Part shown: positions 54,354 to 62,619 of the stretch, one piece after another
How the letters are laid out: the number at the start of each line of letters is the position of its first letter
How positions within the stretch are numbered: position 1 is the stretch's first letter
NCBI GenBank assembly: GCA_038330145.1
Contig: JBBQNR010000005.1
Location: 1,430-65,429 of the forward strand
Source of the DNA: Solirubrobacterales bacterium
GTDB taxonomy: Bacteria; Actinomycetota; Thermoleophilia; Solirubrobacterales; JBBDJG01
Direction: 5' to 3'
DNA length: 64,000 nt
The notes under the pieces: model-generated
Databases searched by the model: none
Told to the model about the DNA's origin: nothing
What the model saw: the letters and a program-made list of their open reading frames with translations, nothing else
Program-made: the position numbers and the translations under genes

Positions 54354-54916
54354 CGGAGCTTGCGCTCGATGCGATCGAGCACGGTCTTGCGGTTCGCGTG
54401 GCGGCGCTCGTAGTCGCGCAGCTTGCGTAGCTGCGCTGCCGACAGCCCCTCGAGCTTGTCCTGCACCTGTGCGGCCGACAGCTCGTCGTAATCGTCGATG
54501 GGCAGGTTCGAGGCGGGCCGGCGCGGACGCGAGCGACGTGGACGCCGCGGGCTGCTCTCGCCGCCCGAGCGCTCGACGAACTCGCCACGGCCGAGCAGCC
54601 GTTCGAGGTCGGACAGGAAGTCGTCGGTCTGGCGGGCTCCGTACTGAAGCAGGGTTTGAACCATGTGCTGCGCGTCGTCGCGCGTCATGCGCCCGCGCTT
54701 GACCGCGTCGTCCACGACCTCCTCGATCCGCTCGCGCGAAAGCAGAACCGCATTCAGCGGGGCGAGCATGCTCTTCGTCACCACGTCCCGCACCGCGCCC
54801 ACGTTGCGGCCGACGGCGCCGGTGGGGAGGGTGAGGACGGATCTGCGCGACTGGTCTCCCTGGCCGTCGGCCTTGGAGCCACGACGTGGACGGCTAGAGG
54901 CCGAGTCCGCTGCCAT
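54350..54916 (-). CDS. Hypothetical protein, phasin-like N-terminal region + conserved C-terminal helical tail
   Basis: In-frame ATG at 54916 in ORF 54350..55219. 'LLSRERIEEVVDDAVKRGRMTRDDAQHMVQTLL' resembles PHA-granule/phasin-type (COG3937-like) proteins. The C-terminal part is 'DDYDELSAAQVQDKLEGLSAAQLRKLRDYERRH'. Confidence 0.5.
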   Translation of the reverse strand: MAADSASSRPRRGSKADGQGDQSRRSVLTLPTGAVGRNVGAVRDVVTKSMLAPLNAVLLSRERIEEVVDDAVKRGRMTRDDAQHMVQTLLQYGARQTDDFLSDLERLLGRGEFVERSGGESSPRRPRRSRPRRPASNLPIDDYDELSAAQVQDKLEGLSAAQLRKLRDYERRHANRKTVLDRIERKLR

Positions 54917-54924
54917 CGCCAGTA

Positions 54925-55845
54925 CTAATACAGCATCGGGGGAGGAGCGGCGAAAGTTGCGACGATCGGTGCATGATCGGAGAGCTTGATCCGGCGAACG
55001 CCTTCGCGCCATGGCAGCTCGATCTCGCGACCGGGCGCCGGCCAGGGCTCCGGCGGCTGCGCCGGCGCCAACCCTCGCGCCAGCAGATGATCGATGCCGT
55101 CGGGCGCCGTCGGCCAGCAGAGGCCGAACCTGCGCTGGAGCTCCTGGAAGAGCGCGGGGGAGCTGCGGGGCCGCAGGTTGAAGTCGCCTCCCAGCACCAG
55201 AGGAGCAGCGCCCGCCCACGCGATCGCCGTCTCGGCCGCCCTTGTCAGCTCGCGCTCGGCCTGGAGCCGCTCGCCGGCGCTGGCGTGCAGGTTGGCGACG
55301 AAGATCGGTCCAGCCCTCGAGTCCGACTCGATGCCTACGAAGCTCATCCGGCGGCGCTCACCGCGCAGGCCGCGCTCGCGCAGCGGGTTAAGGAGCAGGG
55401 AACGAAAGCTGCCCGGGACGGGCCGCCACGGCGGTCGGACCAGGATCACGTTCGAGCCGCCCTCCCATGAGCCGATCAGGTCGGGATTGAACCGACCGAG
55501 CACGCCGGTGAGCGGGCGCAACTGGTTGCGGGACGTCAGGGTGCGGTACGCGTGCGCGCCGGACCGCGCGGCCAACGGCTGCGTCCAGGGGGGCGGAACC
55601 TCCTGGAGCAGGCATGTGTCCCACCTCGCCTGCGCGATCGTGTCCGTGAACTGCCTCAACAGCGAGCGGTTCACCTGCAGGTGGACGCCGTTGTCCTCAG
55701 CGTGTCGCCACAGACGCGAGCGCAACGTGAAAAGGGCGGGGTCGGGCGGAAAGTCGCGGCCGTGGAAGAGGTTCCAGGTCATCGCGCACAACTCCACGGC
55801 CTCTGCTTCGCCGCCGCTCTCACGCCGGCTATGCCGCGTGGACAC
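54925..55845 (-). CDS. Endonuclease/exonuclease/phosphatase (EEP) family protein
   Basis: ORF track, 306 aa. 'MTWNLFHG', 'VANLHAS', 'LGGDFNLRP', 'SDHAPIVATF'. The start could be the GTG at 55845 or the internal ATG. Confidence 0.75.
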   Translation of the reverse strand: MSTRHSRRESGGEAEAVELCAMTWNLFHGRDFPPDPALFTLRSRLWRHAEDNGVHLQVNRSLLRQFTDTIAQARWDTCLLQEVPPPWTQPLAARSGAHAYRTLTSRNQLRPLTGVLGRFNPDLIGSWEGGSNVILVRPPWRPVPGSFRSLLLNPLRERGLRGERRRMSFVGIESDSRAGPIFVANLHASAGERLQAERELTRAAETAIAWAGAAPLVLGGDFNLRPRSSPALFQELQRRFGLCWPTAPDGIDHLLARGLAPAQPPEPWPAPGREIELPWREGVRRIKLSDHAPIVATFAAPPPMLY

Positions 55846-56013
55846 CTAGTGGCCCTTCTCAAAACGTTTCACCGGAAACGGCGGCCTCCGGAACCGCCAT
55901 GCGGCGTCCTCGGTCGACCCTGTACTGGTCAGTGCAGGGTCTCCCTGCGTCCTTGCCTGGCAGCTTCGGGCGCCTCGCCGTTCCTCGGCGGACGTTCCGA
56001 GACGGGCCACTAG
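55846..56013. repeat. Intergenic segment bounded by a perfect 10-bp inverted repeat (CTAGTGGCCC...GGGCCACTAG) with internal hairpins
   Basis: The arms lie at 55846-55855 and 56004-56013. Internal 12-bp-arm hairpin gaccctgtactg/cagtgcagggtc (55916-55941). Second hairpin cgtttc-accg-gaaacg (55865-55880). Its nature is unknown. Confidence 0.35.
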
Positions 56014-56025
56014 AATCGCTGCGCC

Positions 56026-56922
56026 ATGGCGCCGACGAAGAACTTCATCACCGGAACAGAGCTTAAGCGCGAGGACCTGCTCGCCCTGATCAGCCGGGCG
56101 AGGGAGCTGAAGCAGGGGAGCGAGCGACCCAGGCCACTGGAAGGGAGGACCGTGGTGCTGTTGTTCGAGAGCCCCTCGACCCGGACCCGGGTGTCGTTCC
56201 ACGTCGGCGTCTCGCAACTCGGCGGCGAGGCCCTGCTGCTACGCGGCGACGAGCTTCAGCTCGCGCGCGGCGAGTCGGTGCGGGACACGGCGCTGGTGCT
56301 GTCGCGCTACGTGGACGCGATCGTCGCCCGTGTCGCCGACCACGGCTACCTCGAGCAGCTCGCGACGTATGCGGACGTCCCGGTGGTGAACGCCCTCACG
56401 CCGCGGCACCATCCCTGTCAGGCGCTTGCTGACCTGCTGACGTTGGAGGAGCGCTTCGGAAAGCTCGAAGGCCTGCGCCTGGCATACATCGGAGACGGCA
56501 ACAACGTCTGCAACTCGTTGATGCTGCTGGGTTCGCTGGCCGGCCTGAAGGTCGCCGTTGCGACGCCGCCGGAGCTGCGGCCAGACGAGCAGATCGTGGC
56601 CGTTTGCGGCGACGCGGTCGAGGTGACCACCGATCCACGCGCCGCCGCCGAGGGGGCGCACGCGCTCTACACCGACGTCTGGATCAGCATGGGCGACGAG
56701 GCCGAGGCCGAGCGGCGCCGCGAGCTGCTGGCCCCCTACCAGCTCAACGAATCGCTGCTCGAGCTCGCCAGGCCAGAAGCAATCGTGCTGCATTGCCTGC
56801 CGGCTCATCCTGGCGAGGAGATCACCGCGGAGCTGCTCTACGGAGAGCGCTCGGCGGTCTGGGACCAGGCCGAGAACCGGCTGCACGCGCAGAAGGCGCT
56901 GCTCGAGCTTTTGCTGAGCTGA
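56026..56922 (+). CDS. argF: Ornithine carbamoyltransferase
   Basis: ORF track, 298 aa. 'FESPSTRTRVSF', 'HPCQALADLLT', 'HCLPAHPGEE'. Confidence 0.9.
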   Translation: MAPTKNFITGTELKREDLLALISRARELKQGSERPRPLEGRTVVLLFESPSTRTRVSFHVGVSQLGGEALLLRGDELQLARGESVRDTALVLSRYVDAIVARVADHGYLEQLATYADVPVVNALTPRHHPCQALADLLTLEERFGKLEGLRLAYIGDGNNVCNSLMLLGSLAGLKVAVATPPELRPDEQIVAVCGDAVEVTTDPRAAAEGAHALYTDVWISMGDEAEAERRRELLAPYQLNESLLELARPEAIVLHCLPAHPGEEITAELLYGERSAVWDQAENRLHAQKALLELLLS

Positions 56923-56969
56923 CTGATGCCCTGATCGTGGCATTGGTCAGCTACCAGCTCCTGCTCTAC

Positions 56970-57070
56970 GATTGCCTTGCGGGAGCCCGGTGAACCGGGC
57001 TGAGAGGGTGGCTGAGGGTCACCGACCGCCTGAACCTGATCCGGGTCATGCCGGCGTAGGAAGGGAGAGA
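56970..57070 (+). promoter_or_regulatory. TPP (THI-box) riboswitch upstream of thiO-thiS-thiG
   Basis: 'gcgggagcccggtgaaccgggCTGAGAgggtggctgagggtcaccgaccgCCTGAaCCTGATCcgGgtcATGCCgGCGtAGGaAggg' carries the conserved CUGAGA and ACCUGAUC..AUGCC.GCG..GGGA elements. The 3-prime end includes the SD (aagggagagag) of the TTG start at 57072. Boundaries are approximate. Confidence 0.85.
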
Positions 57071-57071
57071 G

Positions 57072-58274
57072 TTGGGGACCATCGAGTCCGGAAAGAGCGC
57101 CAGGCGCGAGAGTTGCGATCTGATCGTGATCGGCGCCGGCGTCATCGGCCTCGCGGCAGGCTGGCGCGCGGCCCAGCGCGGGCTTCGCACGCTGGTGCTG
57201 GAGGCGGGCGAGCCGGGAAGGGGCTCGACGGGCGTCGCCGCGGGCATGCTGGCGCCGGTGACGGAGGCGACCTTCGGGGAGCGGGAGCTGCTCTCGCTGA
57301 GTCTCGAGGCGGCGCGTTGCTACCCGCAGTTCGTCGCGGAGCTCGAGCAATCGACCGGCGTGGAGACCGGTTTCCGCCCGAGCGGCACGCTGGCCGTGGC
57401 GCTCGACCGCGACCAGGCCGAGGAGATGCGGCGGCTGCACGAGTTCCAGCGCTCGCTCGCGCTCGAGTCCGAATGGCTGAACGGCCGGGAGTGCCGGCGG
57501 CTGGAGCCGGGGCTGTCGCCGAGCGTCGTGGCAGGGATACGTTCGTCCCTGGACCATCACGTCACCCCGCGGTCGCTGACGCTGGCTCTGGAGCGCGCGC
57601 TCGAGCTGGCCGGAGGGCGGCTGCGTTCGTCGGCGCCGGTGCGGGAGTTGCTGCGTTCGGGAGAGCGGGTGGAGGGAGTGCTGCTTCATTCCGGTGAGCG
57701 AATCGCCGCCCCCAAGGTGGTCCTGGCTGCCGGCTGGCAGTCGGCGCAGCTGACGGGTCTCGCCGGCGACGACGCTGCGCTGCCGCTGCGCCCGGTCAAG
57801 GGCCAGATCCTGACGCTGCGCTCCGCGACCGAAGCACCGATCGCCGGCAGAGTCGTGCGCACGCCCGAGGTCTACCTCGTGCCGAGGCCCGACGGGGAGC
57901 TGGTCGTTGGAGCGACCGTCGAGGAGCGAGGCCTCGACAGCACGGTCACCGCCGGCGGTGTGTTCGAGCTTCTACGCGCGGCGTACGAGGCGCTACCGGG
58001 CATCACCGAGCTCGAGCTCACCGAGGCGAGGGCGGGGCTGCGGCCCGGCACGCCGGACAACAGGCCGATCGTCGGGCCGGGAGCCCTCGATGGCCTCGTG
58101 TGGGCAAGCGGCCACTACAGGAACGGCATCCTGCTTGCCGGCGTGACGGCGGACGCCGTCGCCGAGTTGGTCGCAGGGGGTGAGCTTCAGCAGCGCTTCG
58201 CTCCCTTCTCGCCGCGTCGCTTCGACCGCAGCGTGGAGGCGGCCGCGGCGCCGGGAGGGGCACCGAGGCGATGA
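57072..58274 (+). CDS. thiO: Glycine oxidase ThiO (FAD-dependent)
   Basis: ORF track, 400 aa. 'DLIVIGAGVIGLAAGWRAAQRG' FAD fold. The context, immediately upstream of thiS/thiG and behind a TPP riboswitch, supports the call. Confidence 0.85.
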   Translation: MGTIESGKSARRESCDLIVIGAGVIGLAAGWRAAQRGLRTLVLEAGEPGRGSTGVAAGMLAPVTEATFGERELLSLSLEAARCYPQFVAELEQSTGVETGFRPSGTLAVALDRDQAEEMRRLHEFQRSLALESEWLNGRECRRLEPGLSPSVVAGIRSSLDHHVTPRSLTLALERALELAGGRLRSSAPVRELLRSGERVEGVLLHSGERIAAPKVVLAAGWQSAQLTGLAGDDAALPLRPVKGQILTLRSATEAPIAGRVVRTPEVYLVPRPDGELVVGATVEERGLDSTVTAGGVFELLRAAYEALPGITELELTEARAGLRPGTPDNRPIVGPGALDGLVWASGHYRNGILLAGVTADAVAELVAGGELQQRFAPFSPRRFDRSVEAAAAPGGAPRR

Positions 58275-58477
58275 AGGTGATTGTCAACGGGCGCGAGCGC
58301 GAGCTGGCCGAGGGCGCGACGGTTGCCGGGCTGATCGAGCAACTGCGCGAGTCGCCGGACGGCCGCGGCGTCGCCGTCGCCGTGGACGCCGAGGTGGTGC
58401 CGCGTAGCCGCTGGGACAGCACCCCGCTCACGGAGGGCCAGCGAGTCGAGCTGGTGGCGGCGATCCAGGGTGGTTGA
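58271..58477 (+). CDS. thiS: Sulfur carrier protein ThiS
   Basis: ORF track, 68 aa. Ends in '..ELVAAIQGG' (C-terminal GG). ATGA overlap with thiO. Confidence 0.85.
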   Translation: MKVIVNGRERELAEGATVAGLIEQLRESPDGRGVAVAVDAEVVPRSRWDSTPLTEGQRVELVAAIQGG

Positions 58478-59306
58478 CGTGAATGCCGAGGGTGCCGCGC
58501 GAGAGCCGGCCACCGGAACGCTCGAGATAGCCGGCCGGCGCTGGGGCTCGAGGCTGATCCTGGGCAGCGGTGGGTTCGAGAGCCTGGAGCTGTTGGGGGA
58601 GGCGATCGTCGCGGCGGGCTCGGAGATCGTCACGGTGGCGTTGCGCCGCGTCGATCCCGGCGCCCAGGGCTCGATCATGAGCGTGCTCGATAGCCACGGC
58701 TGCTTTCTGCTTCCGAACACGGCGGGCTGCTACACGGCGCACGACGCGGTGCTGACGGCGCGGCTGGCGCGGGAGGCCTTCGAGACCAACTGGGTCAAGC
58801 TCGAGGTGATCGGCGACGATCGCACGCTCTACCCGGATGCCCCAGAGCTGCTGGAGGCGGCCGAGACGCTGGTCGGCGAGGGATTCGTGGTGCTTCCCTA
58901 CGCGAACGACGATCCGATCCTCAACCGCCGCCTGGAGGAGGTCGGCTGCGCCGCTGTGATGCCGCTCGGGGCCCCGATCGGGAGCGGCATGGGAATCCGA
59001 AATCCGTACAATCTCGCCATCGTCGTCGAGCAGGCCGGCGTGCCTGTGATCTGCGACGCCGGCGTGGGCACGGCCTCCGACGCCGCGATCGCGATGGAGC
59101 TGGGCTGCGACGGCGTGCTGATGGCGAGCGCGATCGCGCGCGCCCAGGACCCGGCCAAGATGGCGAGCGCGATGCGTTCGGCGGTCCAGGCGGGGCGGCT
59201 TGCCCACGAGGCCGGGCGGATGCCGCGGCGGACGTACGCGCGCGCGTCGACGCCCACCAGCGGCGTGCCGGAGTTCGGAAACCCCGCGTCCGATCGCTCG
59301 TCCTGA
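58470..59306 (+). CDS. thiG: Thiazole synthase
   Basis: ORF track, 278 aa. 'RLILGSGGF', 'LLPNTAGC', 'VKLEVIGD', '[11 protein letters not shown]', '[11 protein letters not shown]'. Confidence 0.93.
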   Translation: MVDVNAEGAAREPATGTLEIAGRRWGSRLILGSGGFESLELLGEAIVAAGSEIVTVALRRVDPGAQGSIMSVLDSHGCFLLPNTAGCYTAHDAVLTARLAREAFETNWVKLEVIGDDRTLYPDAPELLEAAETLVGEGFVVLPYANDDPILNRRLEEVGCAAVMPLGAPIGSGMGIRNPYNLAIVVEQAGVPVICDAGVGTASDAAIAMELGCDGVLMASAIARAQDPAKMASAMRSAVQAGRLAHEAGRMPRRTYARASTPTSGVPEFGNPASDRSS

Positions 59307-59316
59307 CCCCGGTCCG

Positions 59317-59374
59317 GTCGGGGTTGCCTAGGCGACCGCGGTCGGGTCGGGGTTTCCTAGGCGACCGCGGTCGG
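59317..59374. repeat. 29-bp tandem repeat x2, each unit containing the 12-bp palindrome CGACCGCGGTCG
   Basis: gtcggggttgcctaggcgaccgcggtcgg (59317-45) / gtcggggtttcctaggcgaccgcggtcgg (59346-74), 28/29 identical. It lies between the convergent thiG and the YkgJ-like gene. A partial 'ctaggcg' recurs at 59388-94. Confidence 0.8.
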
Positions 59375-59387
59375 GCGCGGCCTGCGG

Positions 59388-59795
59388 CTAGGCGTCATTC
59401 GTGTAGGCGATCAGCTCGGGGTCGCCCTGAAGCTCTCGCTCGGCCTTGAGGAACTCCCAGTAGCCACACTTGGTGCCGCCGGGATGGCTGCGGCAGATGG
59501 CGGGGCGGAACTCGTAGACGGTGCACATGCGCGTTACGGGGTCGAGGAACTGGCAGCGCTGCCCGAAGATCTCGTCCTTCTTGTGGCGCAGCGAGCGGCC
59601 GTCGACGATGTCCTCCTCGGCAATCTTGGAGTACTTCGTCAGGTGGTCGTGGACGTACTCGACGCTCTCACCGAGCCCCTTGGCCAGGCGCCTGATGTCG
59701 GCCGGGCTGATCGGGATCGACGGATAGGTGCAGCAATGCGCCGGGCACTTGGAGCAGTCGAACTGAAGCCTTGGTTTCGCCTTCGGTTTGGCCAC
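59388..59795 (-). CDS. YkgJ-family cysteine-cluster (putative Fe-S/zinc) protein
   Basis: ORF track 59388..59933. I prefer the GTG at 59795 ('VAKPKAKPRLQFDCSKCPAHCC'). It has a CxxCxxCC motif and a later 'CQFLD..MCTVYEFRPAICRSHP'. Confidence 0.65.
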   Translation of the reverse strand: MAKPKAKPRLQFDCSKCPAHCCTYPSIPISPADIRRLAKGLGESVEYVHDHLTKYSKIAEEDIVDGRSLRHKKDEIFGQRCQFLDPVTRMCTVYEFRPAICRSHPGGTKCGYWEFLKAERELQGDPELIAYTNDA

Positions 59796-59974
59796 CTGGC
59801 CACGGTAGCGCGTCCGGCAGGCGGCGGCGTTCGCCGGACATCGCAGTTTGCGTGCTGGTGGACACACGGGCGCCAGGTGGTACCCGAGCGGCTCCTGTCC
59901 TATGCAAGGATTAAGTGCAGCATCGGTGGGCATCCCGATCGGCCCACCCTGGTCCCCGACCGAAGGATTTGCGA

Positions 59975-60673
59975 GTGCCAGTTGAAGTCAAGACAACCGC
60001 TCCCGAGCCCGACAGCTTGGCCGAGCGCCGGCGTGTCTGGCTCGAGCGATCGCGGCTGTACCTGATCTGCGAGGCGCGCCCCGACGGGCACGAGCCGGAG
60101 GAGATCCTGCGCCCGGCGCTGCGTGCCGGCGTCGACGTCGTGCAGCTTCGCGACAAGTCGGGCGACGAGCGTGACCTGGTCGAGGCCGGGCGGGTCTTCC
60201 GGCGTCTGTGCGACGCCTACGACGCGCTCTTCATCGTCAACGACCAGCCGGAGCTGGCGCTCGCCTGTGCCGCCGACGGTGTTCACCTGGGCCAGGACGA
60301 TGCATCGCCCGCCGAGGCCAGGCGCCTGATGGGGCAGGACGCGCTGATCGGACGCTCCACGCACTCCGTCAAGCAGATAGAGAAGGCGAGCGACGTCGAC
60401 TACATCGCCGTCGGCCCGGTCTACCGCACGCCGACCAAGCCCGAGTACGAGCCGGTCGGTCTCGACCTCGTGCGGGAAGCCGCCGTGCGGGCCACGATGC
60501 CCTTCTTCGCCGTCGGCGGCATCGACGCCGGCAACGTCGACGAGGTGCTCGAGGCCGGCGCCGGCCGTATCGCCGTCGTGCGCGCGATCCGCGACGCCGA
60601 GGACCCGGGCGAGGCTGCCGGGCGGCTGCGCGAGCGCATCGACGCCCATCTGGGCGTCGGCTCGACGCGCTGA
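59975..60673 (+). CDS. thiE: Thiamine-phosphate synthase
   Basis: ORF 59915..60673, in-frame GTG at 59975. 'VDVVQLRDK', 'FIVNDQPELA', 'DGVHLGQDD', 'IGRSTHS', 'YIAVGPVYRTPTK', 'FFAVGGI'. Confidence 0.88.
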   Translation: MPVEVKTTAPEPDSLAERRRVWLERSRLYLICEARPDGHEPEEILRPALRAGVDVVQLRDKSGDERDLVEAGRVFRRLCDAYDALFIVNDQPELALACAADGVHLGQDDASPAEARRLMGQDALIGRSTHSVKQIEKASDVDYIAVGPVYRTPTKPEYEPVGLDLVREAAVRATMPFFAVGGIDAGNVDEVLEAGAGRIAVVRAIRDAEDPGEAAGRLRERIDAHLGVGSTR

Positions 60674-60705
60674 ACTCGTCGCCCCGTGCGAGACTAAATC
60701 TCGCG

Positions 60706-61239
60706 ATGCCTGGACGGGAGAAACGAAAGCGCCGGCGCAAGGGGCGCGGCACGAGGGCGCCGCAGCCGGCGCCGGCGGCACCTGCTCCCACCCCCGCCGC
60801 AGCGCCGCGCAAGTCGAAGGACGACCTCGCGCGCGAGCGACTCGAGCCGCTGGAGCCCGGCGAGCGACCGCTCGCCGTCACCATCGCCGCGCTGATCGCC
60901 GGCGCGCTCGGCATCACGACGATCGTGCTGTTCGCGTTCGGCGTCGACACCGGCGACACCCAGTTCAACGCCTTCAGCACGGTCTTCTACGCCGGCGTGA
61001 TGCTGGTGATGGCCTGGGGGATGTGGAACGCTCGTTACTGGGCCGTGCTGGGATTCCAGGCCCTGCTGGGACTGCTGATCGCGGTCTGGTCGCTGCTGCT
61101 GCTGAAGGCCGAGAGCGTTCTCTCCGTGCTGGTCGCCCTGGTCGTGATAGCGCTCGCCGGCACGTTGTTCTGGTTCCTGGTGAAATCGCTCGCCCGAATC
61201 CAGATGCCTGAGCGCCGCCAGTCAGACTCCAACCTTTAA
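60706..61239 (+). CDS. Hypothetical membrane protein (Arg/Lys-Pro/Ala-rich N-terminus, four TM helices)
   Basis: In-frame ATG at 60706 in ORF 60208..61239; the upstream part of that ORF overlaps thiE out of frame. 'LAVTIAALIAGALGITTIVLFAF', 'VFYAGVMLVMAWGMW', 'WAVLGFQALLGLLIAVWSLLLL', 'VLVALVVIALAGTLFWFLV'. Confidence 0.55.
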   Translation: MPGREKRKRRRKGRGTRAPQPAPAAPAPTPAAAPRKSKDDLARERLEPLEPGERPLAVTIAALIAGALGITTIVLFAFGVDTGDTQFNAFSTVFYAGVMLVMAWGMWNARYWAVLGFQALLGLLIAVWSLLLLKAESVLSVLVALVVIALAGTLFWFLVKSLARIQMPERRQSDSNL

Positions 61240-61248
61240 GCTCACCGC

Positions 61249-62619
61249 GTGGCCGACAAGTTCGACATCGTCGTCGTCGGTAGCGGCCCCGGCGGCTACG
61301 TGGCGGCGGTGCGCGCCGCGCAGGTGGGCCTCAAGACCGCCATCGTCGAGCGCGAGGACCGGCTCGGCGGCCGCTGCCTGAGGGAGGCGTGCATCCCGGC
61401 AAAGGCGATGCTGCGTGCCGCCGACGTGCTGGCCGAGGCCCAGGACGGCGAGCAGATGGGGGTGATCGCAGAGGGCATCCGCTTCGACATCGCCGCGGCG
61501 GGCAAGCGGCGTGACCGCGTCATAAAGACACTCACCAGCGGCGTCGCCGGCCTGATGAAGAAGAACGAGGTCGAGGTCTTCCATGGCCAGGGATCGCTGA
61601 CCGATGGCCGCAACGTCGCCGTCGACGGGCGTGAGCTGGAGACGGACAAGGTCCTGCTGGCGACGGGCTCTGTGCCACTTCCCATTCCCGGCACCGAGTT
61701 CGGCGAGCGGGTGCTCGATACCGCGGCCATGTGGGCCATGAACGAGCAGCCCGCGACGCTGGCCGTGGTGGGGGCCGGCGCCTCGGGCGCCGAGATCGCC
61801 TCCGGCTTCGGGCGCTACGGGACCGAGGTGCTGCTGCTCGAGATGCTGGACCAGGTGCTGCCGGCCGAGGACGCCGAGATCGCCAAGCTCGTGCAGCGCG
61901 AGCTGAAGAAGCAGAACATCACAGTTGCGACGGGCACGCGTGTAGACGAGGTGAAGCCGTCCGGCAAGGGCGTCGAGCTGGTGTACGGCGGGGACAGGAC
62001 GACCGTCGATTACCTCTGCATCGCCGCCGGCCGCACTCCGGACATCGAGGGGCTGGGTCTCGACAAGGCGGGCGTCAAGGTCGGCGAGGACCGACTGGTC
62101 GAAGTTGACGACCACATGCGAACCTCGGCAGAGGGCGTCTATGCGATCGGCGACATGGTGCACGGCCCGGCGCTGGCCCACAAGTCGATGGACGAGGGCG
62201 TGATCGCTGCAGAGGACGCCGCCGGCCGCCCGGTTCACCCGCTCTCCTACGACGACATCCCCGGAGCCACGTTCTGTCACCCGCAGGTCGGCAGCTTCGG
62301 CCTCACCGAGGCGCAGGCGAAGGAGCGCGGCCACGACGTGGTGGTCGGGAACTTCCCGTACGGCGGCGTCGGCGCACCGCTCGTCTACGGCGACCGCACC
62401 GGCATGGTCAAGATCGTCGGCGACAGGCGCTATGGCGAGCTGCTCGGCGCCCACATCGTCGGCGCTCGCGCCACCGACCTGATCTCCGAGCTCGTGGTGG
62501 CCAAGCAGGTCGAGGCCGGCTACGAGGAAGTGGCGCGCACCATTCACGCTCACCCGACGTTCTCCGAAGCGGTGATGGAGGCCGCGCGGGCGACCTCGGG
62601 TTGGGCCATCCATATTTAG
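61249..62619 (+). CDS. lpdA: Dihydrolipoyl dehydrogenase
   Basis: ORF track, 456 aa. 'FDIVVVGSGPGGYVAA', redox disulfide 'GGRCLREACIPAK', 'VVGAGASGAE', C-terminal 'HAHPTFSE'. Confidence 0.92.
   Translation: MADKFDIVVVGSGPGGYVAAVRAAQVGLKTAIVEREDRLGGRCLREACIPAKAMLRAADVLAEAQDGEQMGVIAEGIRFDIAAAGKRRDRVIKTLTSGVAGLMKKNEVEVFHGQGSLTDGRNVAVDGRELETDKVLLATGSVPLPIPGTEFGERVLDTAAMWAMNEQPATLAVVGAGASGAEIASGFGRYGTEVLLLEMLDQVLPAEDAEIAKLVQRELKKQNITVATGTRVDEVKPSGKGVELVYGGDRTTVDYLCIAAGRTPDIEGLGLDKAGVKVGEDRLVEVDDHMRTSAEGVYAIGDMVHGPALAHKSMDEGVIAAEDAAGRPVHPLSYDDIPGATFCHPQVGSFGLTEAQAKERGHDVVVGNFPYGGVGAPLVYGDRTGMVKIVGDRRYGELLGAHIVGARATDLISELVVAKQVEAGYEEVARTIHAHPTFSEAVMEAARATSGWAIHI

Noticed and set aside
59796-59974. 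I looked for a second TPP riboswitch upstream of thiE.
   Set aside because: The spacer has two 7-bp-stem hairpins (gtccggc/gccggac; ggtgggc/gcccacc) but lacks the CUGAGA and ACCUGAUC..AUGCC..GCG THI-box elements. I do not call it a riboswitch.
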